NCBI RefSeq assembly: GCF_000406145.1
Contig: NZ_CM001976.1
Coordinates: forward strand, 4,641,577-4,673,576
Direction of reading: 5' to 3'
From: Dickeya dadantii NCPPB 898
Lineage (GTDB): Bacteria > Pseudomonadota > Gammaproteobacteria > Enterobacterales > Enterobacteriaceae
DNA length: 32,000 bases
In this document: one piece after another, positions 24,558 through 32,000 of the stretch
Layout: every line of letters begins with the position of its first letter
Position numbering within the stretch: position 1 is the stretch's first letter
The notes under the pieces: generated by a model
What the model was told of the DNA's origin: nothing
The model's database searches: none
Seen by the model: the letters and a program-made list of their open reading frames with translations, nothing else
Made by a program: the position numbers and the translations under genes

Positions 24558-25751
24558 TCAGGCTTTGTGTTTGGTGGCGGTATCCATCCACACCGCCAGC
24601 AGCAAAATGCCGCCCTTGACGATGTACTGCCAGAAGGTGGGCACATCGAGCATGCTCATGCCGTTATCCAGCGATGCCATGATGAACGCCCCCATCACCG
24701 CGCCCGCCACACTACCCACCCCGCCCGCCAGACTGGTGCCGCCGATGACGCAGGCGGCGATGGCGTCCAGTTCCGCGATATTCCCGGCAGACGGCGACCC
24801 GGCGCCCAGCCGGGAACTGAGCACCAGACCCGCTACCGCCACCATCAGGCCGTTGATGGCGAACACCGCCAGCTTGGTGCGCTCGACATCCACCCCCGAC
24901 AGACGCGCCGCGTCGATATTGCCGCCCACAGCGTAAATACGCCGCCCGAACGCAGTACGCGCCGCCATGAACATGCCGCCCAGCATGATGAGCGTCAGCA
25001 ACAGCACCGGCGTCGGCACGCCGCGATAATCATTGAGCAGATAGATAGCGCCCAGCACCAGCACCGCCATCAGCGACTGACGGGCGACATCGCCGGAAGC
25101 GGCGGCCACCGGCAACCCCAAACGCTGACGACGCAACCGCTGACGCCAGCGCCACACCACAAACAGCATCAGCCCGATGACGCCGAACAAAAATCCCACA
25201 CCTTCCGGCAGATAACTCTGGCCAATCTGCGACATCGCCGGGCTGGTAGGCGATACCGTCGTCCCGTTGGTGATACCGATCAGCACGCCGCGAAACGCCA
25301 GCATGCCCGCCAGCGTCACAATGAACGACGGCACGCGCCGGTACGCCACCCACCAGCCGTTCCAGGCACCGAGCAACAGCCCCAATAGCAGGGTCACCGC
25401 CACCGTCAGGGGCAACGGCCAACCGAACCAGACATCCAGAATCGCCGCCACGCCACCCAGCAGCCCCATCATGGAGCCGACCGACAGGTCGATCTCGGCG
25501 GAAATAATCACAAACACCATGCCCACCGCCAGAATGCCGGTGATGGCGGTCTGGCGTAGCAGGTTGGAAATGTTGCGTGCGCTGAGGTACGCGCCGTCGG
25601 TCATGAAGGTGAAAAACAGCATGATTGCGACAATCGCCGCGATCATCACCAACACCTGTAGATTGAAAGAACGGCGGCGAGGCGCTCCGCCGGAAGACGC
25701 CACCGGCGCGGGCGTACGGTCAGACAGCCAGGTTTTCAGCATGATGCTCAC
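24558..25751 (-). CDS. xylH: D-xylose ABC transporter permease
   Basis: The 397-aa ORF is collinear with E. coli XylH ([18 protein letters not shown]...[42 protein letters not shown]). Its start overlaps the xylG end, and the ATG at 25742 is an alternative. Confidence 0.95.
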   Translation of the reverse strand: MSIMLKTWLSDRTPAPVASSGGAPRRRSFNLQVLVMIAAIVAIMLFFTFMTDGAYLSARNISNLLRQTAITGILAVGMVFVIISAEIDLSVGSMMGLLGGVAAILDVWFGWPLPLTVAVTLLLGLLLGAWNGWWVAYRRVPSFIVTLAGMLAFRGVLIGITNGTTVSPTSPAMSQIGQSYLPEGVGFLFGVIGLMLFVVWRWRQRLRRQRLGLPVAAASGDVARQSLMAVLVLGAIYLLNDYRGVPTPVLLLTLIMLGGMFMAARTAFGRRIYAVGGNIDAARLSGVDVERTKLAVFAINGLMVAVAGLVLSSRLGAGSPSAGNIAELDAIAACVIGGTSLAGGVGSVAGAVMGAFIMASLDNGMSMLDVPTFWQYIVKGGILLLAVWMDTATKHKA

Positions 25752-27261
25752 TCCTTAATGCGGCTTCCATCACCTGCTCCTGCGTCAGGCCCCGGTTGGG
25801 CAAATCCGCCTTGAGCCGCCCCTGATGCATCACCAGCACCCGGTCGCTCAGGCCCAGCACCTCGGGCAGTTCGGAGGAAATAACGATGACGGCGATCTGT
25901 TGCTTCACCAACTGGTTGATCAGTTTGTAGATTTCATATTTTGCACCGATGTCGATCCCCCTGGTCGGTTCATCCAAAATCAGGATTTTCGGGCGCAACA
26001 TCAGACATTTCGCCAGAATGGCCTTTTGCTGATTACCGCCGCTGAGACGGGCAATCGCCAGTTCCGGCGACGCGGTTTTCACTTTCAGGTGGGCGATCGA
26101 TTCACGCAGGCTGTGCTGCTCGTCGGCGTCCCGCAGCACCGACAGCGCGCCGGCGAACTGGTCGAGCGCCGCCAGCGTGATGTTCTGCGCCACACTCATC
26201 ACCGGAATGATGCCGTCCTTCTTGCGATCTTCCGGCACCATGGCGATCCCCAGCGCCATCGCCTGCCGGCAGTGCCGGATAGCGACCGGTTTGCCTTCCA
26301 CCCGGATATCGCCCTGCCATCGCCCCGGATACGCGCCGAACAGGCACTGAACCGTCTCGGTACGACCGGCGCCGACCAGCCCGGCGATGCCCAGCACTTC
26401 GCCACGGTGCAGGCTGAACGACACATCGTCCACCCGGCGAATATGGCGGTTCACCGGGTGCCAGGCGGTCAGGTGCTCCACCCGCAGCACCTCTTCGCCG
26501 ATATCGTGCGGTTCGTTCGGATACAGCTCCGTCAACTCACGGCCCACCATCATGGCGATGATCTGATCCTCGCTGAGCGAATCCGCCGGGCAGGTGCCAA
26601 TGTGCCTGCCGTCGCGGATCACGCAGATCACGTCGGAAATCGCCTTGACCTCGTTGAGCTTGTGGGAGATGTAGATGCAGGCGATGCCGTGGTGGCGCAG
26701 GTCGCGCACGATATCCAGCAAAACGCCGGTTTCCCGTTCGGTCAGCGATGCGGTCGGTTCATCGAGAACCAGCAAGCGCACCTGCTTGTTCAATGCTTTG
26801 GCGATCTCCACCAGTTGCTGCTGACCCAGCCCCAGTTCGCCAACGCGGGTATTCGGGTCGATGTCCAGCCGCACCTGCGTCAGCATGGTTTGGCAGCGCA
26901 GGTACATGGCGTCGTAATCCATCACGCCGAAGCGCGTGCGCTCATTGCCGAGAAAGATGTTCTCCAGCACCGTCATCTCTTTGACCAGCGCCAGTTCCTG
27001 GTGAATGATGGCGATCCCTTTCTGCTCGGTGTCGCGGATATGCCCGGCCCGTAGCTCATCGCCAGCAAACCGTATGCTGCCCTCATAGCTGCCGTACGGA
27101 TACACCGCGCACAGCACCTTCATCAGCGTCGACTTGCCTGAACCGTTTTCGCCGCACAACGACAACACCTGCCCCGCCTCCAGTTGCAGGCTGACGTTGT
27201 CCACCGCTTTCACCGCCCCGAAGGCCTTGGTGATGTTTTTCATTTCCAACAGACACGGCAT
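25720..27261 (-). CDS. xylG: D-xylose ABC transporter ATP-binding protein (duplicated ATPase)
   Basis: The 513-aa ORF reads [25 protein letters not shown]...[15 protein letters not shown]. It has two ABC cassettes and is collinear with E. coli XylG. Confidence 0.96.
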   Translation of the reverse strand: MPCLLEMKNITKAFGAVKAVDNVSLQLEAGQVLSLCGENGSGKSTLMKVLCAVYPYGSYEGSIRFAGDELRAGHIRDTEQKGIAIIHQELALVKEMTVLENIFLGNERTRFGVMDYDAMYLRCQTMLTQVRLDIDPNTRVGELGLGQQQLVEIAKALNKQVRLLVLDEPTASLTERETGVLLDIVRDLRHHGIACIYISHKLNEVKAISDVICVIRDGRHIGTCPADSLSEDQIIAMMVGRELTELYPNEPHDIGEEVLRVEHLTAWHPVNRHIRRVDDVSFSLHRGEVLGIAGLVGAGRTETVQCLFGAYPGRWQGDIRVEGKPVAIRHCRQAMALGIAMVPEDRKKDGIIPVMSVAQNITLAALDQFAGALSVLRDADEQHSLRESIAHLKVKTASPELAIARLSGGNQQKAILAKCLMLRPKILILDEPTRGIDIGAKYEIYKLINQLVKQQIAVIVISSELPEVLGLSDRVLVMHQGRLKADLPNRGLTQEQVMEAALRSEHHAENLAV

Positions 27262-27335
27262 AACCCCTCCGCCTGACCGATGCCGCTCACCCGGCGATGC
27301 CGCATCTGCGACTCGCCGGGCGACGGGCGAACTGG

Positions 27336-28331
27336 TTAATAAATATCTGCTTTCTTATGGAACCCATCGGCGACGACGGTACTGTCGATATTCGTCTTGT
27401 CGACCGGGATTGGCGTCAGCAGGAAAGCGGGTACGTCTTTCTTGCCGTTGTTGAGCGTGGCGTTGGACTCCGGTTTTTTCCCCTCTCCCAGCGACACCGC
27501 GATATTCGCCGCGTCCTGCGCCAGTTTGCTGATGGGTTTGTACACGGTCATGGTCTGGGTGCCGGCCACGATCCGTTTGATGGCCGCCAGATCGGCGTCC
27601 TGACCGGAGATCGCCACCTTGCCGGCCAGCCCCTGAGCGGAAAGCGCCTGAATCGCACCGCCTGCGGTCGCGTCGTTTGAGGCCACCACCGCATCAATCT
27701 TGTTGTTGTTGGCGGTCAGCGCGTTCTCCATGATTTTCAGCGCATTTTCCGGCAGCCAGGCGTCCACCCACTGGTCGCCCGCCACCTTAATCTTGCCGCT
27801 ATCAATTAACGGTTTTAATACTTTCATCTGGCCCTGACGGAACAGCTTGGCGTTATTATCAACCGGCGAGCCGCCCATCAGAAAATAACTGCCCTGCGGC
27901 ACCTTGTTGATCAAATATTGTGCCTGAAGCTCTCCAACTTTTTCATTATCAAACGAAATGTAAAAATCGATATCCGCATTATTAATCATACGGTCATAAG
28001 CCAGTACTTTTATTCCTTCGCGTTTGGCTTCGGCAATCACGTTACTTAAAACCTGACCGTTATAAGGGATAATCACCAACACATCTACGCCGCGGTTAAT
28101 CATATTTTCTATCTGGGATATCTGCGTTTCTTCATTGCCGTTGGCGGACTGCACAAACACTTTCGCCCCTTTTTCTTCGGCGTTTTTCACAAAAATATCC
28201 CGATCCTTCTGCCAGCGTTCGAGGCGCAGGTCGTCGATAGCCATGCCGATTTTAACCTCTTTGGCAAACCCCGGCTGACTCAGCATGGCAAGTGCGGCAC
28301 AGGCTGACAGTAATACGTGTTTCATTTTCAT
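27336..28331 (-). CDS. xylF: D-xylose-binding periplasmic protein
   Basis: The 331-aa ORF has a signal peptide followed by [26 protein letters not shown]..., near-identical to E. coli XylF. Confidence 0.96.
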   Translation of the reverse strand: MKMKHVLLSACAALAMLSQPGFAKEVKIGMAIDDLRLERWQKDRDIFVKNAEEKGAKVFVQSANGNEETQISQIENMINRGVDVLVIIPYNGQVLSNVIAEAKREGIKVLAYDRMINNADIDFYISFDNEKVGELQAQYLINKVPQGSYFLMGGSPVDNNAKLFRQGQMKVLKPLIDSGKIKVAGDQWVDAWLPENALKIMENALTANNNKIDAVVASNDATAGGAIQALSAQGLAGKVAISGQDADLAAIKRIVAGTQTMTVYKPISKLAQDAANIAVSLGEGKKPESNATLNNGKKDVPAFLLTPIPVDKTNIDSTVVADGFHKKADIY

Positions 28332-28565
28332 CGTAGAGTACCTTTGTTATAGGAAGGCAGGATAAAAACGTCACTTCACTTACGACTACGTTGCATGAAA
28401 TTGTTGACAAGAAAAGTCAGGGTCAGCAATTGCTGATTTTTATCTCTGAATTACGTTTTTTGGTTTAATTGTTATTTTTTGATAGCGGTCATATTTTCAT
28501 CTTGTTAATCCGTTTCATAACACAACCGATTGCGAGCGGTTTTGCAGATTATTCCGGTTATTTTT

Positions 28566-28581
28566 TGCGATCGAGCGCACA
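28566..28581. promoter_or_regulatory. Candidate CRP site in the xylF-xylA divergent control region
   Basis: TGCGA-tcgagc-GCACA fits TGTGA-N6-TCACA. It sits between the divergent xylF and xylA starts, and I recall a similar element in the E. coli xyl intergenic region. Confidence 0.55.
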
Positions 28582-28697
28582 TTTAATAATTATCTTAATT
28601 TCAGTGTGAAATAACGTAATTGAGGAAACTGGCAGGCAAACGGAATATTGAAACAAGGCTGAAAACAGCCATTCCGGTGGTTTGCAAGGAGATAACA

Positions 28698-30017
28698 ATG
28701 CACGCTTATTTTGATCAGATAGAAAAAGTTCGCTTTGAAGGTCAGGGCAGCCGCAATCCGTTTGCCTTCCGCCATTACAACCCTGACGAGGTAATCCTCG
28801 GCAAGCGCATGGCCGACCATTTGCGTTTTGCGGTCTGTTACTGGCACACCTTCTGCTGGAACGGCACCGATATGTTCGGCGCCGGCGCTTTCGCCCGGCC
28901 CTGGCAGCAGTCCGGCGACGCACTGGCGCTGGCGAAACGCAAGGCCGATATCGCCTTCGAATTCCTGCACAAACTGGGCGCGCCCTATTACTGTTTCCAC
29001 GACGTCGACGTCGCGCCGGAAGGGGGATCGCTGCAGGAATACCTGAACAACTTCGCCGCCATGACCGACATTCTGGCGGCCAAACAGCAGGAAACCGGCG
29101 TGAAGCTGCTGTGGGGCACCGCCAACTGCTTTACCAACCCGCGTTATGCCGCCGGCGCCGCCACCAATCCCGACCCGGAAGTGTTCGCCTGGGCCGCCAC
29201 GCAGGTGTTCACCGCCATGAACGCCACCAAAACGCTGGGCGGTGAGAATTATGTGCTGTGGGGCGGCCGCGAAGGTTACGAAACCCTGCTCAATACCGAC
29301 CTGCGCCAGGAGCGCGAACAGATTGGGCGCTTCATGCAGATGGTGGTGGAGCACAAGCATAAGATCGGTTTCAACGGCACGCTGCTGATCGAACCCAAAC
29401 CGCAGGAGCCTACCAAACACCAGTACGACTATGATGTCGCTACCGTCTATGGCTTCCTCAAACAGTTCGGGCTGGAGAAGGAAATCAAGGTCAATATCGA
29501 AGCCAATCACGCCACGCTGGCGGGGCATACGTTCCACCATGAGATCGCCACCGCGATAGCGCTCGGCATCTTTGGTTCGGTGGACGCCAACCGCGGCGAC
29601 CCGCAGCTTGGCTGGGATACCGACCAGTTCCCCAACAGCGTGGAGGAAAACGCGCTGGTGCTCTATGAAATCCTGAAAGCGGGCGGGTTCACCACCGGCG
29701 GCCTCAATTTCGACGCCAAGGTCCGCCGCCAGAGCACCGATCGCTACGACCTGTTCCACGCCCATATCGGCGCGATGGATACGCTGGCGCTGGCGCTCAA
29801 GGTGGCGGTTCGCATGCTGGAAGACGGCGAACTGAATCAGCACGTCGCCAACCGTTACGCCGGCTGGAACAGCGAACTGGGGCAGCAGATCCTGCAAGGC
29901 AACGCGTCGCTGGAGATGCTGGCAGGTTACGCCGCCCGTCACCAGCTTGACCCACAGCACCACAGCGGGCAGCAGGAACGGCTGGAAAATCTGGTTAATC
30001 GCTACCTGTTCGGTTGA
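28698..30017 (+). CDS. xylA: xylose isomerase
   Basis: [15 protein letters not shown]... matches the E. coli XylA N-terminus (MQAYFDQLDRVRYEG). SD AAGGAG lies at 28687-28692 and the product is 439 aa. The track start at 28620 adds 26 unsupported codons. Confidence 0.97.
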   Translation: MHAYFDQIEKVRFEGQGSRNPFAFRHYNPDEVILGKRMADHLRFAVCYWHTFCWNGTDMFGAGAFARPWQQSGDALALAKRKADIAFEFLHKLGAPYYCFHDVDVAPEGGSLQEYLNNFAAMTDILAAKQQETGVKLLWGTANCFTNPRYAAGAATNPDPEVFAWAATQVFTAMNATKTLGGENYVLWGGREGYETLLNTDLRQEREQIGRFMQMVVEHKHKIGFNGTLLIEPKPQEPTKHQYDYDVATVYGFLKQFGLEKEIKVNIEANHATLAGHTFHHEIATAIALGIFGSVDANRGDPQLGWDTDQFPNSVEENALVLYEILKAGGFTTGGLNFDAKVRRQSTDRYDLFHAHIGAMDTLALALKVAVRMLEDGELNQHVANRYAGWNSELGQQILQGNASLEMLAGYAARHQLDPQHHSGQQERLENLVNRYLFG

Positions 30018-30074
30018 ATGGGTGTAGGCTGGCGCAAACCCAACAACGCAGAAAACGGTTTTTTGGCATCTGCG

Positions 30075-30110
30075 CCAGCGGCACAAATATTACCAGCGAC
30101 ACAAATATTA
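30075..30110 (+). repeat. 18-bp tandem duplication in the xylA-xylB spacer
   Basis: CCAGCGGCACAAATATTA (30075-30092) and CCAGCGACACAAATATTA (30093-30110) differ by 1 mismatch. Confidence 0.9.
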
Positions 30111-30154
30111 AAGGTACGACCTGATAACAGCACACGAAGTCACAGCGAGGCGTT

Positions 30155-31615
30155 ATGTACATCGGCATCGATCTTGGCACATCGGGCGTGAAAGCCATTT
30201 TATTACGGGAAAACGGCGAGGTAGCGGCCAGCCACAGCGTGCCGCTGAGCGTCTCACGCCCACACCCGTTATGGTCGGAACAGGACCCGGAACAGTGGTG
30301 GCAGGCAACCGACGCCGCCCTGACCGGGTTGGCCGCGCAACAGGCGTTGCAGGGGGTGCGAGCCATCGGGCTGACCGGCCAGATGCATGGCGCGACGCTG
30401 CTGGATGCGAAGCAACGGGTGTTGCGGCCAGCCATTCTGTGGAACGACGGACGCAGCGCCGCGCAATGCCGGCAACTGGAGCAACAGGTGCCGGACGCTC
30501 GCCGCATCACCGGCAACCTGATGATGCCCGGCTTTACCGCCCCGAAGCTGAAGTGGGTGCAGCAATATGAGCCGGATATTTTCCGGCAAATCGACAAAGT
30601 GCTGTTGCCAAAGGATTACCTGCGCTGGCGCCTGACCGGCGATTTCGCCAGCGACATGTCCGATGCGGCGGGCACGCTGTGGATGGATGTCGCCCGACGA
30701 GACTGGAATGATGATTTGCTTGATGCCTGCGGGCTGAGCCGCGGTCAGATGCCCGCGCTGTTCGAAGGCAACCAGATTACCGGACAACTGCACGCCGACA
30801 TCGCCGCCCGTTGGGGTATGCCGCCGGTGCCGGTGGTAGCCGGCGGCGGTGATAACGCTGCCGGCGCCATTGGCGTCGGGTTGTATCAGGCCGGCCAGGC
30901 CATGCTGTCGCTCGGCACGTCCGGCGTATACTTCGCGGTCAGCGACGGTTTTCTCAGCAACCCCCAGCGCGCCGTCCACAGCTTTTGCCATGCATTGCCC
31001 AACAGCTGGCACCTGATGTCCGTCATGCTGAGCGCCGCGTCCTGTCTCGACTGGGCCGCCCGGCTAACCCACGCCGACAGCGTGGCGGCGCTGATCGCCG
31101 AAGTCGAACGGGCAAGCGCGGAAGAAACCGCCACGCCGGTGTGGTTCCTACCCTACCTGTCCGGCGAACGCACGCCGCACAACAACCCGCAGGCCAAAGG
31201 CGCCTTCTGGGGACTGACCCACTCGCACGGTCGTGCGGCGCTGGCGCGCGCGGTGCTGGAAGGGGTGGGGTTTGCGCTGGCGGACGGTATGGACGCGCTG
31301 CACTCAACCGGGCTGGAGCCCCGGCAAGTAACACTGATCGGCGGCGGCGCCCGCAGCGCTTACTGGCGGCAGATGCTGGCGGATATCAGCGGCAAAACAC
31401 TGGAATACCGCACCGGCGGCGATGTCGGCCCGGCGCTGGGCGCGGCGCGGCTGGCGCAAATTGCGCTGAACCCGGCGACGCCGCTCACACAGTTGTTACC
31501 GGCTTTGCCGCTGGAACAAACCCATCAGCCAGACCCGACGCGTCACGCGCAGTACGCGCAACAGCGCACGGTGTTCCGTCAGCTCTACCAGCAGCTCAGC
31601 CCGCTGATGATCTGA
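30155..31615 (+). CDS. xylB: xylulokinase
   Basis: The 486-aa ORF begins MYIGIDLGTSGVKAILL... and is collinear with E. coli XylB (RPHPLWSEQDPEQWWQATD, FLPYLSGERTPHNNPQAKG). Confidence 0.96.
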   Translation: MYIGIDLGTSGVKAILLRENGEVAASHSVPLSVSRPHPLWSEQDPEQWWQATDAALTGLAAQQALQGVRAIGLTGQMHGATLLDAKQRVLRPAILWNDGRSAAQCRQLEQQVPDARRITGNLMMPGFTAPKLKWVQQYEPDIFRQIDKVLLPKDYLRWRLTGDFASDMSDAAGTLWMDVARRDWNDDLLDACGLSRGQMPALFEGNQITGQLHADIAARWGMPPVPVVAGGGDNAAGAIGVGLYQAGQAMLSLGTSGVYFAVSDGFLSNPQRAVHSFCHALPNSWHLMSVMLSAASCLDWAARLTHADSVAALIAEVERASAEETATPVWFLPYLSGERTPHNNPQAKGAFWGLTHSHGRAALARAVLEGVGFALADGMDALHSTGLEPRQVTLIGGGARSAYWRQMLADISGKTLEYRTGGDVGPALGAARLAQIALNPATPLTQLLPALPLEQTHQPDPTRHAQYAQQRTVFRQLYQQLSPLMI

Positions 31616-31633
31616 TGCCACCCGATGGCAAAA

Positions 31634-31694
31634 CTTATCGTTTACAATATTACCGCTTACAATCTTACCGTTTGCCATCTTACCGTTTAGCAAT
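31634..31694 (+). repeat. Four tandem ~15-bp direct repeats (consensus cTTACCGTTTaCaAT) just after the xylB stop
   Basis: CTTATCGTTTACAAT / ATTACCGCTTACAAT / CTTACCGTTTGCCAT / CTTACCGTTTAGCAAT, read directly. Confidence 0.9.
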
Positions 31695-31699
31695 AAAGA

Positions 31700-31721
31700 G
31701 AGGGCCGCAAAAGCGGCCCTC
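31700..31721. terminator. Hairpin after the repeat array (possible xylB or bidirectional terminator)
   Basis: GAGGGCCGC-aaaa-GCGGCCCTC is a 9-bp perfect stem. The + side lacks a T-run, while the minus side is followed by TCTCTTTATT. Confidence 0.45.
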
Positions 31722-32000
31722 AGATTGCTGTTGAACCCTATAAGAGCCAAATGTTGGGTTTTCCGGGCGTTGAATCTTGTGCTGGTAGGTGAGTGGTTTC
31801 GTGGGGTGAGCTAAACGGTGTCGCTTCTCTGCCATTCCATCGCACGCACGACAAGAAGAGGCTTGTATCTTGCTCATGTCGTGATTAGCTATCACGACAT
31901 GAAACAGAGTGAGCTTCGAAAGAGAGCCAGGGCTATAAACCTTGCGGTTGAGTTTAAACCCTCTGTTTCACCTTTCACGCCAGCATTAACATTGAACGGT

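Noticed and set aside
28620-28697. The upstream extension of xylA (track start 28620).
   Set aside because: The E. coli XylA N-terminus aligns with MHAYFDQ at 28698, which has a strong AAGGAG SD. The extension would run through the xylA promoter and CRP region.
28590-30086. A 498-aa minus-strand ORF that is longer than xylA itself. There are similar long antisense ORFs at 19345-20565 (argG), 25825-27054 (xylG), 24498-25388 (xylH), 16075-16986 (indA), 554-1282 (vfmH) and 8288-8986 (vfmB/C).
   Set aside because: They lie exactly antisense to genes with unambiguous homology. Their products are Arg/His/Gln/Gly-rich and low in complexity, and they have no SD-start context. This is the typical stop-codon depletion seen opposite GC-rich, codon-biased genes.
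31740-31970. The idea that the hairpin-rich tail is a retron msr/msd or a hok/sok-type toxin locus.
   Set aside because: No flanking a1/a2 repeats or conserved branching-G context could be identified. There is no reverse transcriptase or Hok-like hydrophobic peptide visible within the window. The evidence is insufficient.

Overview
The window looks like a Dickeya-type (soft-rot Pectobacteriaceae) chromosome segment, mostly about 55-63% GC with distinct low-GC patches. I saw no rRNA, tRNA, CRISPR array, IS element or obvious pseudogene.

Layout:
- 1-10.3 kb is an accessory signalling and biosynthesis cluster. By gene content and order I recognise it as part of the Dickeya Vfm quorum-sensing locus. 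On the minus strand are vfmH (truncated by the window edge), vfmG and vfmF. vfmE is divergent on the plus strand. Convergent with vfmE is the minus-strand operon vfmA-vfmZ-vfmB-vfmC-vfmD. The rest of the locus should lie left of coordinate 1.
- 10.5-19.1 kb holds the indigoidine genes indC-indB-indA (minus strand), with an ERIC repeat between indB and indC, followed by the divergent pecM/pecS pair.
- 19.2-31.6 kb is core genome: argG, rcnA/rcnR, a DJ-1/PfpI-family gene, xylR, xylHGF (minus strand) and xylAB (plus strand).
- 31.6-32.0 kb is an unexplained repeat-rich, hairpin-rich tail.

Most interesting observations:
- The vfm cluster fragment itself: an ACP-dependent pathway of unknown product, two exporters, an NtrC-type regulator and a sensor-less AraC regulator.
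- An exact-consensus sigma54 promoter in front of vfmE.
- A 12-mer (AATCCCATGTTT) plus a second ATCCCATT about two helical turns away, present upstream of both vfmE and vfmA. This is a candidate vfm box.
- A 9-bp tandem repeat (5.5 copies), each carrying an in-frame ATG, at the 5' end of vfmA.
- A sharp low-GC mosaic inside vfmG.
- Non-canonical catalytic positions in the KAS III-like VfmA.
- Several short tandem duplications lying just after stop codons.

Gene names for vfm come from remembered synteny and are not confirmed by a search. All motif calls are by eye.
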